A stretch of 64,000 bases of DNA from a bacterium (GCA_030647555.1 JAUSJG010000024.1:3878-67877), one strand, 5' to 3'; counted from the first letter of the stretch, positions 27,319 through 38,223 are shown. The notes: generated by a model from the sequence alone, not told the origin. Numbers and translations: made by a program.

Positions 27319-29526
27319 TTACTTTCCCAGCTTTTTTTCGACACGCTTAAGTAGCACGGCGTTACTAGCCACAATAATCGAGGAGGCGGACATTAACAAC
27401 GCGGCAACTTCGGGCCGTAACGAAATGCCAAACGATGAATAAAATACACCCGCCGCAACAGGAATAGCCAGGATATTATAAATCGCCGCCCAAAATAGAT
27501 TCTGCTTCATTTTTGTCACCGTCGCTTTGCTTAGAATAATCGCCGAAACAATGTCTGCCGGATCAGACTTCATTAAAACAATATTGGCCGTTTCTATCGC
27601 CACATCCGTTCCCGCACCAATGGCAATGCCGATATCGGCTTGTGCCAAGGCCGGCGCGTCATTAATCCCGTCCCCCACCATCGCGACAAATTTTCCTTCC
27701 CCTTGCAGTTGCTTAACGTGTTTTGCTTTATCACCCGGTAGCACTTGGGCGAAGTAGCGTTGAATATTCAATTCAACGGCAACTTTTTTTGCCACTGCTT
27801 CCAGATCTCCCGTAATCATTACCACATCAATCCCCATTTTTTGCAATTGAGTCACGGCGGATTTTGCCGTCGATTTAATTTTATCGGCAACTCCAATCAC
27901 GCCCGCAATTTCGCCATCCAACGCGAGAATACTGATTGTATTACCGCCATTTGCCAAACGATCCATCTCCGCCTTAAGTGACAAAACATCAACCCCGTTT
28001 TTTTCCATCAGACGCTCCGTTCCGGCCAATACCGTTCGCCCATCAATTGTCACCGCAATGCCGTAGCCGCCAATGGAATTAAAATTTTCCACTTTTCTAT
28101 TCATTTCAACTTTACGTTTTTTTGCTTCTTCAATTATAGCCGCACTGATTGGGTGATTGGAGTTTTGTTCCGCCACTGCGGCAAAAGACAACATTTCTTC
28201 CACTGCAAGTCCTTGACGCGCCACAATTTCCGTTACCTGCGGTTTACCTTCAGTCAGCGTACCGGTTTTGTCCAAAACAATCGCTGTTAATTTGGAGGTA
28301 TTTTCCAACGTTGCCGCGTCTTTAATTAAAATATTATGCTTGGCGCCAATCCCCGTCCCCACCGCCACCGCCGTAGGGGTAGCTAACCCCAAAGCGTCCG
28401 GACAAGCAATCACAACCGCAGAAACGGCAAATGTGAGTGCTGTCATTAAAGTTGCGCCAGCGATAAAATACCAACCGAAAAAAGTGGCGATGCCGGAACC
28501 GATCGCCAATACCACCAACCACGCCGCGGCCTTGTCCGCAATTCTTTGCCCTGGCGCTTTTGAGTTTTGGGCGGTCTCCACCATTTTTATAATCTGCGCC
28601 AAAACAGTGTCACTTCCGACTTTTACCGCTTTAAATTTAATCGCTCCTGTTAAATTAATTGCTCCCCCAATGACTTTGTCGCCGATTTTTTTCGTTACCG
28701 GAATTGATTCACCCGTTACCAGCGATTCATCGATAGAAGACTCCCCTTCGGTCACTTCACCGTCAACCGGAATTTTATCGCCAGGCTTCAGGATTACCGT
28801 GTCTCCTTCAACAATTTCGGCACTTTGGATCATAACTTCTTTGCCAGCCCGTAAAACCCGCGCTTGCGGAGGAACTAAATCAAACAAGGCCCTTAGAGAA
28901 TCCGAGGTTCCTCGACGCGACTTCATTTCCATCCAATGCCCAAACAAAACAAATGTAACCAACAGGGCAGCGGCCTCATAAAAAGTTTCCGCGCCGCCCA
29001 ACAGTGTTAAGACGACACTAAAAATATAGGCAGCTAAAACACCAGTCGAAATTAAGACAGACATGTTTAGCTTCCTTACTTTCAGGGAATAGTATGTTCC
29101 AGTGATAAAAATTGATCCCGCCCAAAAAACTATCGGCGTTGTAAGGATAAACAACAGCCAATTAACCGGAATAGGGGTTGGCAAATTAAGCTTAAAAAAA
29201 TTAATCCCTACCGGTGAATACAAAAATATCGGGATAGATAAAATTAGTGATATCAAAAAACGGCGGCGCATGTCCGCCTCCATTTTTTTTGCCAACTGCG
29301 GGTTTGTCATTGCCGATTCGTGATCTTGATGATTCATCTTTGACATATCTTCCTTTTTTGATTCACCCGGCATCTTCATATCACCCATCTTGTGATCACT
29401 TTTACCGCCTGGTTTATTTTTAGGAATCAACTCCATTCCGCAAGCAGGACAGCGACCAGGTTCGTCCTTCAAAACTTGCGGATGCATCGGACATGTATAA
29501 ATTATCGTGTTTGTTTTGTGATTCAT
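27319..29526 (-). CDS. P1B-type heavy-metal ATPase with N-terminal CxxC...CxxC zinc-ribbon/YHS-like domain, His/Met-rich linker and an unusual CPD transmembrane motif
   Basis: [17 protein letters not shown] and TGES-like motifs. YTCPMHPQVLKDEPGRCPACGM. TM6 reads IACPDALG where CPC/CPH is usual. Confidence 0.85.
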   Translation of the reverse strand: MNHKTNTIIYTCPMHPQVLKDEPGRCPACGMELIPKNKPGGKSDHKMGDMKMPGESKKEDMSKMNHQDHESAMTNPQLAKKMEADMRRRFLISLILSIPIFLYSPVGINFFKLNLPTPIPVNWLLFILTTPIVFWAGSIFITGTYYSLKVRKLNMSVLISTGVLAAYIFSVVLTLLGGAETFYEAAALLVTFVLFGHWMEMKSRRGTSDSLRALFDLVPPQARVLRAGKEVMIQSAEIVEGDTVILKPGDKIPVDGEVTEGESSIDESLVTGESIPVTKKIGDKVIGGAINLTGAIKFKAVKVGSDTVLAQIIKMVETAQNSKAPGQRIADKAAAWLVVLAIGSGIATFFGWYFIAGATLMTALTFAVSAVVIACPDALGLATPTAVAVGTGIGAKHNILIKDAATLENTSKLTAIVLDKTGTLTEGKPQVTEIVARQGLAVEEMLSFAAVAEQNSNHPISAAIIEEAKKRKVEMNRKVENFNSIGGYGIAVTIDGRTVLAGTERLMEKNGVDVLSLKAEMDRLANGGNTISILALDGEIAGVIGVADKIKSTAKSAVTQLQKMGIDVVMITGDLEAVAKKVAVELNIQRYFAQVLPGDKAKHVKQLQGEGKFVAMVGDGINDAPALAQADIGIAIGAGTDVAIETANIVLMKSDPADIVSAIILSKATVTKMKQNLFWAAIYNILAIPVAAGVFYSSFGISLRPEVAALLMSASSIIVASNAVLLKRVEKKLGK

Positions 29527-30545
29527 TTTTGTAGTGAGTGGCTTATTATTTCAATATTACAACTACTGTGCTCCTTGCACCACTGCTCACATTTTTTCAT
29601 CCATTCTATGTCTTCATACCAAAGTTTACATTCAGGACACTGATACAGTTCCCCCTGTATTTCTTTTGAATTATTATTAATTGATAAATTTATGTTATTT
29701 TTTTCATCGTCCTTTTTTACTAACACAACAAAACGATAAACAAGATAAACCAAGCCCAAACCAACCACAATATTTGCCAGTGGCCAGCGTTCCGTCCACC
29801 TCGTAACCGCCCAGGCGACATTATTAACGATTGGCGATGGTCCTACGGGCATTGCTAATTTTCCGGTAAACACCAACCCGAGGGTAACGAAACCAACTCC
29901 GAAAAACATAATCGCCGCCAAAAGATTAGTGATTAACACTGGATACTTATTACCACCCAAACTAATTATGAATAGTTGTTTGCGAAAAATTGGCCGGGCG
30001 AGAAAATTCCCGCGTTCAATAAATAAGGCGGCTAGATACAGCGGTGCCACCATTCCCAACACATAAGCCAATCCAACAGACAAGGCCTGTAACAGCGACC
30101 CCGAAAGCGAGCTAATTGTTAAAACTCCCACCAGAACCGGCGCGCAACATGCCGAAGTCACACCCGCCACTAAACCAAGTACGAATGTCGACAAAATATC
30201 CGTACCTCCTTTTGGCCGATTAAAATGCGGCATCGGCAACTTAATACCAAACAGGGCAAAAAATGCGGTAGCCACCATTAAAACACCGCCAACAATATAG
30301 GTCTGATCATGAAACCGGAAGAAAAATTCAGACAATATCTTGGCGCCCAAAACAATCGGTAAAATTACGGCAAATATTCCTAAAGCATAAATGCCTGTCA
30401 TCAATAAAATTTTTCTTTTTTCTTTAAAGACATTGCCCAAATACGCTGGTAACAAATACGATATGCAACAGGGCGCAAAGAGTGCCACCATTCCGGCAAC
30501 AAACGCTGCAATCAACGAAACTTGATATAAAGCTGTCGGGTTCAT
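29523..30545 (-). CDS. DsbD/CcdA-family thiol-disulfide transporter-like membrane protein with C-terminal Cys4 zinc-ribbon tail
   Basis: FAPCCISY and TSACCAP Cys pairs in TM helices. C-terminal CPECK...CEQWC. Confidence 0.55.
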   Translation of the reverse strand: MNPTALYQVSLIAAFVAGMVALFAPCCISYLLPAYLGNVFKEKRKILLMTGIYALGIFAVILPIVLGAKILSEFFFRFHDQTYIVGGVLMVATAFFALFGIKLPMPHFNRPKGGTDILSTFVLGLVAGVTSACCAPVLVGVLTISSLSGSLLQALSVGLAYVLGMVAPLYLAALFIERGNFLARPIFRKQLFIISLGGNKYPVLITNLLAAIMFFGVGFVTLGLVFTGKLAMPVGPSPIVNNVAWAVTRWTERWPLANIVVGLGLVYLVYRFVVLVKKDDEKNNINLSINNNSKEIQGELYQCPECKLWYEDIEWMKKCEQWCKEHSSCNIEIISHSLQK

Positions 30546-30557
30546 AATTATTATTGA

Positions 30558-31514
30558 TTAAGCGCCACAAGCGGCACCGGCACCACCAACGCCCGGCGTA
30601 TTGCCTATTTTTGCCTTGATCGCTTTATATCCGGCTGCTGAACTATACTCAGATGACAAAACTTGCTTGGAATCAACATCCGCCCACGTTGTGTTGTTGT
30701 TTTTCTGAAAATAATACGCAAGGTCAACATACGTTTGGCTAAACCAATACGAATTAAATGCCAACACCGCGCGGTAAATTTCTTCTTCGGAAAAATTCTG
30801 ACTAACCATCAACTCCACAAGTCCAAGTGCTGCCATACCGTGATTACAATCCGGAAACGCCGTCGAATTGTTGCAACAGGGTCGATAAATACCGGCACTT
30901 ATTTTCTTCACTGTTTCTTGTTGAACGACAGTCAGTGGAATAATCGTTTCCTTACCATATAATTCAAGTGCTGGTTTTGCACCCAGCGTCCACCCGCCTG
31001 TCGACGCTAAGTTGCCAAGATCTCTTGGGTAATTTTTTTTCATGTCTTCCAAAACCAAAGACTGCTGATTAAGACCCAAGGCCCACAACGTGTTTACCCA
31101 AAAATAGGCATTATCCGCATTGACCGTAATGCCATCATTTTTTTCTTCCGTTAGATATGTCATATCATCCTTGTATTTTTCATCCATATAGTTTTTACGA
31201 AATTTTTCCAGATCAATTGCGCCATTTTCAACTAATTTTTTTCCAGTATTTCCCCATTTAACACTGAATTTAAAGCCGTCTTTGGGAACAACCGTTTCCT
31301 GTATTTTGTTCATCGTCTCTTTTTCTTCCGCTGTTGGAGCATTCACCTCAACAATATTTTTTTTCGGGTTATCTGCTTTTACCGTTACTTTCTTGTTTAC
31401 AGGCGTACCTGCTTTCAAAACAAAAACAAGAATAAGCACAGCAACACCGACATAAAATAAAATTATCAAGAAGGGAACTGGCTTTACTCTAAATAAACTA
31501 TTTGGCGTGGTCAT
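30558..31514 (-). CDS. membrane-anchored hypothetical protein with Cys cluster (CCNNSTAFPDCNHG) and Gly-rich C-terminus
   Basis: N-terminal TM helix. Located inside the copper operon. No family recognised. Confidence 0.4.
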   Translation of the reverse strand: MTTPNSLFRVKPVPFLIILFYVGVAVLILVFVLKAGTPVNKKVTVKADNPKKNIVEVNAPTAEEKETMNKIQETVVPKDGFKFSVKWGNTGKKLVENGAIDLEKFRKNYMDEKYKDDMTYLTEEKNDGITVNADNAYFWVNTLWALGLNQQSLVLEDMKKNYPRDLGNLASTGGWTLGAKPALELYGKETIIPLTVVQQETVKKISAGIYRPCCNNSTAFPDCNHGMAALGLVELMVSQNFSEEEIYRAVLAFNSYWFSQTYVDLAYYFQKNNNTTWADVDSKQVLSSEYSSAAGYKAIKAKIGNTPGVGGAGAACGA

Positions 31515-31516
31515 GG

Positions 31517-32011
31517 TTAGCGCGCTACGAATGCGGTCAAAGAAAATGATAACTGCGAATTATTCGTATCATTTGTACTCACTAATACGCGGCGCGAAAT
31601 TGCCCCCACACCGTTTGGTCCGTGAAACGCGGGGTCAAAAACCACTTTCAGCTCCGCTTTTTTCCCCACCGGAACAACCATCACGTACGGCGATTTCGTG
31701 TTCATTCCAAACAACGGCGATGATTCCCCGTCAAGCAACAACTGAGCGGTTGTACAGTGACATGAGGTGTTTGCGTTATATAATTTCAAATCGGACGTCC
31801 CCGTGTTTTCGATATTAAATTTCGCCTCTACCTTGCCATTTTGCATACTGATATTGCCCCAGTCGTAAACAGACTTATCGACACGCAATTTTGCATCATT
31901 GTTGAATGACACATTCTGCGGCGTGGAAACTTTTGCGTTGATAAACAGTCCACCCACCATTATCGCCACACTAACTGCGATCACTCCAATTATTAATTTT
32001 TTGTCACTCAT
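31517..32011 (-). CDS. DUF1573-domain protein, membrane anchored
   Basis: SCHCTTAQ motif characteristic of DUF1573. Confidence 0.65.
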   Translation of the reverse strand: MSDKKLIIGVIAVSVAIMVGGLFINAKVSTPQNVSFNNDAKLRVDKSVYDWGNISMQNGKVEAKFNIENTGTSDLKLYNANTSCHCTTAQLLLDGESSPLFGMNTKSPYVMVVPVGKKAELKVVFDPAFHGPNGVGAISRRVLVSTNDTNNSQLSFSLTAFVAR

Positions 32012-32046
32012 ATTTTTTTGTTAGAAACAATAACGTTGAAGTTTCT

Positions 32047-34989
32047 TTATCGGCCGACTTTATTTTTCACGCCTTGCTCCTGTTTTGTAACATTTGGTTT
32101 TTCAGACATATCCGAACTCAAACGCGCAAACTCAATAAACAAACCGGTGAAAAGCAATACCATAACTATCGGAGCAATAATTGATAACCAATTTTTTCTA
32201 CTCGGCTTAAATCTTCGCAGTAACATCGAATTGGCAACGACGGAAATAGAACTCAAAGCCATTGCCAAGCCGGCCAATTCTGGCTTCAATACTAAACCGA
32301 GCCCCATAAATACTCGCGCCGCCACCGGAATCCCAATAACATTATAAAACAGGGCGAAAAACATATTCTGACGGATTTTACCCATCGTTTCGCGCGAAAG
32401 TTCCATTGCCGTCACAACATCGCGTAAATCGTTTTTAATTATGACGATTCCACCTGTTTCCATGGCCACGTCGGTACCCGAACCCATAGCAATCCCCAAG
32501 TTAGCTTGTGCCAATGCCGGTGCGTCATTGATGCCGTCACCCACCATCGCCACCACTTTTCCTTGTTCTTGCAGTTTTTTCACTTCGTTGGCTTTATCTT
32601 GCGGAAGCACTTCGGCCAAGACATTCGTAATCCCAACCTGCTTAGCAATAACTACCGCCGTTCGACTGTTATCGCCTGTAATCATGTAAACAGCAATACC
32701 TCGCTTCTTTAACTTAGTTACCGCCTCCAGCGAAGTATCTTTAATCGTATCTGCCACGGCGACAGCGCCCAAAATTTCTTTCTCGTCCGCCAAAATCATC
32801 ACGGTTTTCCCTTGTTCTTCCGTCTTAGAAATTTTTCTGTTTATTTTTTCCGTACTCAAACCAACCACGTCGGTCATCAATTTTCTATTACCAAAATAAT
32901 ACTTCTTACCGCCAATACGACCTTCCACGCCATGGCCGGGAATAGCACTGAAATCGGTTACTTCATCAATATCGATTTGTTCTTCCTCGGCGTACTTGCA
33001 AACGGCTTCTGCCAAAGGATGCTCTGATAATTTTTCGAGAGAAGCCGACATACGAATCACTTCTTCTTCATCCATTTGCGCGAGTGTGAGAATATCCGTT
33101 ACTTCCGGTTTGCCGTTCGTTAATGTCCCGGTTTTATCGAAAACAATGGCATTAATTTTTTCGGCCGCCTCCAACGGTTCACCGCCTTTAATGAGAATAC
33201 CGTGTTCGGCACCCTTACCGGTGCCAACCATCACTGCCGTCGGCGTGGCCAAACCCAATGCGCAGGGGCAAGCAATTACAATCACGGCCGTAAACGCCAT
33301 TAAGGAAAAGCCGATGGTCGCGCCCAGCACGAAATACCAAATGACAAACGTGAGTATGGCGATACCGATAACCACCGGGACAAACACCGCCGAAATACGG
33401 TCGGCAAAAGCCTGGATCGGCGCTTTGGAAGACTGCGCGTCTTCAATTAATTTGATAATTTGCGAAAGCGTCGTTTCTGAACCGATTTTTGTCGCGCGAA
33501 ATTCAAAACTACCTGTTTTATTAATCGTTGCGCCAATAACGACATCGTCGACCCGCTTTTCCACCGGCAAACTCTCTCCCGTAATCATCGATTCGTCCAA
33601 TGCCGATGAACCTTTGGTAATAACACCATCCACCGGTACTTTTTCTCCGGGACGCACCATGATAATATCGCCATGTATAAGATCATCGACAAGAACATCA
33701 ACTGTCTTACCGTCACGGACAACGCGCGCGGTTTTAGGCTGTAACCCAACCAATTTTTTAATCGCATCGCTCGTTCTGCCCTTGGCTTTCATTTCCAACC
33801 ATTTACCAAGCAAGACAAAAGTAATCAAGAAGGCGGCTGTCTCAAAATAAAGATCCGGTATTTTACCCCCGTTAATACCCAAGATTGTTCCAAAGTTATA
33901 TTTGAACGCCACAAAATTAAATAGACTGTAGAAGAAAGCAGTGGACGTACCGATGGCGATTAAGCTGTCCATGTTAAATGTCTTCATTTTCAGCGAAGAC
34001 CACATTCCTTTATAAAAACCCGCGCCGGCATAGAACTGAACCGGCAATGTGAGCGCTAACGAAATTATTCCAACATAGGGTGGGAAGACGTTGCCCCCGG
34101 GTAGCCACTTGAAAAAGTCCAACAACATGAAATAAAACATCGGTAGCGACAGCACAAAACTGAACATGAACTTGTCGAATAGGCTTTTCGTTTCCAATGC
34201 CCGCTTTTTTTGTTCAAATTCACTGTCCTTGGTATCTATTTCCGATGCCCGATAACCGGCTTTTTTTACCGCATTAATGAGCTCAGCGATACCGGCCGAA
34301 TTTTCATCAAACGTTATCGCGGCTTTTTCCGCGGCAAAATTCACACTGGCCTGTTTCACGCCCGGCACCTTCTTTAAAGTTTTTTCAATTACCCCCGCGC
34401 ATGATGCACAGTGCATACCGGAAAGAGAAAGATTAATCCTTCGGTTGGCATTTTTACCTTCTGTCTTTTTTACCGTAATCTCATTTTCTGTGCGTTTTTC
34501 TGCATCAACACTGCCCAACATTTGCGGTACTCCCAACGCTTCCATGCTTTTCAGCATCCGTTCAGCAAAGTTTTTCAAATCGGCCTGTTCCGGAAAAACA
34601 AACTCTCCCGTTTTATTGTTTCGTATTTTTCCATGGAAACTCGGTTGACCTTTTTCATCGTTTACAATAACACCTTCCGCTTCAATTTGCGTTTCCAGTT
34701 TTATCTTCACGTTTTTTCCTTCGACTTTTTCCAATTCAATGTTTTCTTTTTTATCATCACCAATAGCAACATCCGTCGTAATTTCAGCCGTGTAATTATT
34801 CTCTTTGATTACCGCCAATATTTTTTCCGTACTTACTTTTTCAGTATCCAACAAAACATCCGCGCTTTTCTTTTCAAAACTTACTTCCACTTTTTCAACC
34901 CCTGGGAGTTCACTAATCGCCAGTTGCAATATCTTCTCACAGGAAGCACAGTGCATCCCGGAAATTTTTAGACCAATTTGTTGCTTCAT
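32047..34989 (-). CDS. copA: copper-translocating P1B-type ATPase with two N-terminal HMA domains
   Basis: Two GMHCASC motifs, canonical CPC ([12 protein letters not shown]), DKTGTLT and [10 protein letters not shown]. Confidence 0.9.
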   Translation of the reverse strand: MKQQIGLKISGMHCASCEKILQLAISELPGVEKVEVSFEKKSADVLLDTEKVSTEKILAVIKENNYTAEITTDVAIGDDKKENIELEKVEGKNVKIKLETQIEAEGVIVNDEKGQPSFHGKIRNNKTGEFVFPEQADLKNFAERMLKSMEALGVPQMLGSVDAEKRTENEITVKKTEGKNANRRINLSLSGMHCASCAGVIEKTLKKVPGVKQASVNFAAEKAAITFDENSAGIAELINAVKKAGYRASEIDTKDSEFEQKKRALETKSLFDKFMFSFVLSLPMFYFMLLDFFKWLPGGNVFPPYVGIISLALTLPVQFYAGAGFYKGMWSSLKMKTFNMDSLIAIGTSTAFFYSLFNFVAFKYNFGTILGINGGKIPDLYFETAAFLITFVLLGKWLEMKAKGRTSDAIKKLVGLQPKTARVVRDGKTVDVLVDDLIHGDIIMVRPGEKVPVDGVITKGSSALDESMITGESLPVEKRVDDVVIGATINKTGSFEFRATKIGSETTLSQIIKLIEDAQSSKAPIQAFADRISAVFVPVVIGIAILTFVIWYFVLGATIGFSLMAFTAVIVIACPCALGLATPTAVMVGTGKGAEHGILIKGGEPLEAAEKINAIVFDKTGTLTNGKPEVTDILTLAQMDEEEVIRMSASLEKLSEHPLAEAVCKYAEEEQIDIDEVTDFSAIPGHGVEGRIGGKKYYFGNRKLMTDVVGLSTEKINRKISKTEEQGKTVMILADEKEILGAVAVADTIKDTSLEAVTKLKKRGIAVYMITGDNSRTAVVIAKQVGITNVLAEVLPQDKANEVKKLQEQGKVVAMVGDGINDAPALAQANLGIAMGSGTDVAMETGGIVIIKNDLRDVVTAMELSRETMGKIRQNMFFALFYNVIGIPVAARVFMGLGLVLKPELAGLAMALSSISVVANSMLLRRFKPSRKNWLSIIAPIVMVLLFTGLFIEFARLSSDMSEKPNVTKQEQGVKNKVGR

Positions 34990-34993
34990 ATGA

Positions 34994-35194
34994 TTAAGAA
35001 ACCTTATAGCTCAAGGTTGCGAGCGCCGTCTGCAACTCATCTTTTGAAACTTCGCGATTCGCGGTAACGGCGCCGTTACCAGCCAAATCGACAGTAATTC
35101 CTTGTATTCCGTTTACTTTTTCCAAGGACTTTTCAATCAGCTTTACGCACGATTGGCAGGTCATTCCTGAAACTTTGAAATTTGTTGTATACAT
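34994..35194 (-). CDS. copZ: copper chaperone CopZ (HMA domain)
   Basis: GMTCQSC motif; 66 aa. Confidence 0.85.
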   Translation of the reverse strand: MYTTNFKVSGMTCQSCVKLIEKSLEKVNGIQGITVDLAGNGAVTANREVSKDELQTALATLSYKVS

Positions 35195-35271
35195 TGATTT
35201 GGTGAAGGTTATTGAATTATTATACCTATACCTAGGGTACAGGTACCCTATAAATATGTCAACCCCCCCCC
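35195..35271 (-). promoter_or_regulatory. copZ-copA promoter region: TTGACA and TATAAT-like hexamers flanking a perfect inverted repeat TAGGGTAC-ag-GTACCCTA (candidate CsoR operator), abutted by a C9/G9 homopolymer
   Basis: Minus-strand reading: ggggggggg TTGACA tatttaTAGGGTACctGTACCCTAggtataggTATAAT ...24 nt... ATG. The GC-rich pseudo-palindrome plus G-tract resembles described CsoR operators. Confidence 0.5.
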
Positions 35272-36990
35272 TTAGATGACCACGATAACTCCTCGCGGGA
35301 CGCCCATGGCACAGGTAATCTGATACGACCCTTTTTCGGGCGTAAAATTAAACCTGACCGTCTTCCCCTTCTCAAGAAACGTCGGACTATCAACCAAGCC
35401 TGGAATCATAATCGTACTCATACAACCCTGCCCATCCGCCTTTACATCAACATCAAATTGCACCGGCTTTCCGGCCGTAACTGTAAATTGGTTAGGATAA
35501 ATGTCTTCCTGTGGCGAAAGAAATGTGGTTTTGATTAACTGGACACCGGGAATAGAAGCACTATTTTGAGCCTCAATTGTCGGTACTGGAGAAACAACAG
35601 GCTGTTTTGTCACGGCACTTGTTTTTTGTCCCCCAACTGCACTTTCAACGACATTGAATTTGCCAGTAAACATCCCCATAGAGCACGTAAACTTTATTTC
35701 TCCAACCTCTTTCGGTGTAAACTCAATCGTGTTTGCTCCCGGTTGAAGCTGTTTTCGGATACCCAATTTGGGAATCATAAAACTTGCGGCGCAAGTGTTG
35801 ACATTTTCCGAATTAATGACCAAGCGCACCGGTACGCCTTTTTTGATCGTGAACGAGTTGGGTGAATACCCTAATGCTCCCTGCTTCATTTGCAGAACCT
35901 GAAAGCCGTTTTCCGTGGTCGCAACGTCACCATTTGCTGTTGTCCCACTGCCACTGAACTTCCAGAAACTCGGCCAACCGGTTAAATTGTAGCCGTTCGC
36001 AATATTCAAAAAAGCTAACCCGACAACAACCACACCGGCAAATTTGAAAAACTTTTTAGCAAAAGACCCCTTAATTAGCGAAGTAAAACCACCCACACCA
36101 AGTAGTCCTGGAGCCGTTCCCAACGCAAAGGTACCCATAATCATCGCCCCCGAAGTAAAACTTCCCGTACTCATTGCAAATAGTTGCATCGCTTGCGTGA
36201 AACCACAAGGCAAGAAAAATGTCAGCGCGCCGATCAACGCGGAATTACCATGACTATATTCTTTCTCATGCCGACCACGCAGTCCCAATAACTTAGCAAT
36301 TCCGGACGGTAAAGTCAGTCCGGTAGCGGAAAGCCGTGGAAAAATTTCCGTGAGTTGTGCCCCCAAAACAAACATTACAACCCCCACAACAATCATCATA
36401 ATTCCCAAAGACGGTCCGGAAAATTGAAAAGCCTTACCCAAAATACCAATCACACCACCCAATAACGTATAAGAAATAATTCGACCCAGATTGAAAAAGA
36501 AGTGCGGTCGAAATTTTTGCATTGGTGTTGCTTCCGGGTGCTTCTCGGCATGACGTGCAGAAACACCCAAAACCAGACCACCAACCAGAGCCATACATGT
36601 TGATACCCCAGCCGTTAAACCAACCATTAGAACAACTAAAAGACTAGAAGGGTTACTGCCGGAGCCAACATTCAAATTTAGCAGTCCCGCCCACTTTGCC
36701 AGAAAAAACAATACACCTGTCAGAACAACCGCATCCAATAACTCACGATAATCTTTAGGATTACTACTAAGCCAATTTTTTGCATCATCTTTTCCAACCG
36801 CGTACCCGGCATCACTAACGGCCCGTCGCACTTTTTCCATGTCTAACAACTCACTGGAGTGAATAGTTGCTTCCTTGCTACGAACACTAACCTCTACCTG
36901 GTTAACCCCGGGAACAGTTCGCAAATTATCCCCAACTAAAATTTCACACGAACGACAATGCATTCCCTTAATCGGAACAATGGTTTTCAT
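35272..36990 (-). CDS. HMA-domain / multi-pass permease (TauE/DsbD-like) / tandem cupredoxin-like domain fusion protein
   Basis: N-terminal GMHCRSC; ~8 TM helices; C-terminal FTCSMGMFTGKFNVVE and ITCAMGVPRGVIVVI cupredoxin-like motifs. Confidence 0.65.
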   Translation of the reverse strand: MKTIVPIKGMHCRSCEILVGDNLRTVPGVNQVEVSVRSKEATIHSSELLDMEKVRRAVSDAGYAVGKDDAKNWLSSNPKDYRELLDAVVLTGVLFFLAKWAGLLNLNVGSGSNPSSLLVVLMVGLTAGVSTCMALVGGLVLGVSARHAEKHPEATPMQKFRPHFFFNLGRIISYTLLGGVIGILGKAFQFSGPSLGIMMIVVGVVMFVLGAQLTEIFPRLSATGLTLPSGIAKLLGLRGRHEKEYSHGNSALIGALTFFLPCGFTQAMQLFAMSTGSFTSGAMIMGTFALGTAPGLLGVGGFTSLIKGSFAKKFFKFAGVVVVGLAFLNIANGYNLTGWPSFWKFSGSGTTANGDVATTENGFQVLQMKQGALGYSPNSFTIKKGVPVRLVINSENVNTCAASFMIPKLGIRKQLQPGANTIEFTPKEVGEIKFTCSMGMFTGKFNVVESAVGGQKTSAVTKQPVVSPVPTIEAQNSASIPGVQLIKTTFLSPQEDIYPNQFTVTAGKPVQFDVDVKADGQGCMSTIMIPGLVDSPTFLEKGKTVRFNFTPEKGSYQITCAMGVPRGVIVVI

Positions 36991-37012
36991 AAGTTTGTAT
37001 TTTGGTTAAGCA

Positions 37013-37285
37013 CTATTTGTTAACTAGAGTTGTCACACGGAGAATTTCTTCCACCATTTCTTGTTTTTTCTCCTCGTTACTGGTCTTCATCGCATTCTTA
37101 AAACAAGTATTCAAATGGCCCTCCATTAGCATTTGATGAGCGGATTTAAGCAGGCCAATGACAGCCAAATTTTGTTGCATAATATCAACACAATATTCGC
37201 CATCTTCGATCATTTTAATGATGTTATCGAGATGAGTACGCGCCTTCTTGAAGTTGATGATGGTTTTTTCGTGATATTGATCCAT
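37013..37285 (-). CDS. csoR: CsoR/RcnR-family metal-sensing transcriptional repressor
   Basis: 90 aa with a YCVDIMQQ...H...H...C ligand pattern. It is the first gene of the copper cluster. Confidence 0.8.
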   Translation of the reverse strand: MDQYHEKTIINFKKARTHLDNIIKMIEDGEYCVDIMQQNLAVIGLLKSAHQMLMEGHLNTCFKNAMKTSNEEKKQEMVEEILRVTTLVNK

Positions 37286-37375
37286 AAAAAGTTGGGTTTA
37301 AGGTTCTTGTGTACACCCACCTATGGTGGAGGTTTACCATTGAGAATAAGTCCCTTCGTTCTTTCTGTCAAACTA

Positions 37376-38146
37376 TCACTCCGTCCTTTCCACCACAATC
37401 ATGACTTTTTCAATTTTTATTATTTCTTCCTTATAACCGCTAGGATATTTCCTAATCGCCTCAAATAAAATTTTTTCTTTATATCGATACCCATTCCCTT
37501 TCCCAATACCTGGATCATTGGTGATAAATTCCCCAGTTCCTACGTCATAGCCCTTAATTACCAGCATATGTTCCGTCGGCCCCGGTTGTGTAAAATATGG
37601 GTTGCCTAATTTTTGACCATTCACGGGCACTAACACCAGATTCCCCTTAAAAAGTTCTGCTTTGATATCCACCGTTTGAATATTCGCCTGGTACCTTACG
37701 TTTGGATATTTAAAATAATCGCGCATTAGTTTAGCCAAATCCTCCGCCGATTGATCCAAATAAAATCCGTAATGCGCTTTTGAATAATCGGAAATTTTTT
37801 GTATTTCCACGAACGCTTCTTCACTGGTTAGCGACTTGCCTTCCACCCACCGCATCGCCATCAAAATACTGGCCTCCTCGCAAGCGTTTTGATAAACAGG
37901 ATCTTTCCAATTGTGGCGTGGCGCTTGAACAATAAACGGTACATCAAACAGAACACTCTTTGTTTGATTTGGTACCAACGTTGGAGGGGTTGTCGGCCGA
38001 TTAGTTAGTTTCGGTGAAACAAGCAAAACGGGTTCTGTTTTAGAAGTCGCTTGAATATTAATTTTTTCTTGAGTCATTCTTGGCACAAACAGCCAAACAA
38101 CGATAATTATCACCGCAATTAACCCGGCAACAATTAATTTCTTCAT
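37376..38146 (-). CDS. membrane-anchored peptidase_C39-like domain protein
   Basis: VPFIVQAPRHNW...QNACEEASILMA resembles the C39-like Gln/Cys motif. Start set at MKKLIV. Confidence 0.5.
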   Translation of the reverse strand: MKKLIVAGLIAVIIIVVWLFVPRMTQEKINIQATSKTEPVLLVSPKLTNRPTTPPTLVPNQTKSVLFDVPFIVQAPRHNWKDPVYQNACEEASILMAMRWVEGKSLTSEEAFVEIQKISDYSKAHYGFYLDQSAEDLAKLMRDYFKYPNVRYQANIQTVDIKAELFKGNLVLVPVNGQKLGNPYFTQPGPTEHMLVIKGYDVGTGEFITNDPGIGKGNGYRYKEKILFEAIRKYPSGYKEEIIKIEKVMIVVERTE

Positions 38147-38162
38147 TAATTCAGTATTACAC

Positions 38163-38206
38163 AAAAAACCACAATTAAGGTCCGACCTTTATAGGTCGGA
38201 CCTTAA
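38163..38206 (-). terminator. perfect 13-bp-stem hairpin TTAAGGTCCGACC-tttata-GGTCGGACCTTAA followed on the minus strand by a T-run; member of a repeated hairpin pair
   Basis: Seen directly in the sequence. A second copy of the same stem lies at 39721..39753. Confidence 0.55.
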
Positions 38207-38223
38207 TGCGACGCTTTAATTTC

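Noticed and set aside
28268-28981. 237-aa + ORF antisense to the CPD ATPase and 284-aa + ORF (32996..33850) antisense to copA
   Set aside because: Low-complexity Ala/Ser/Thr-rich translations opposite strongly supported ATPase genes.
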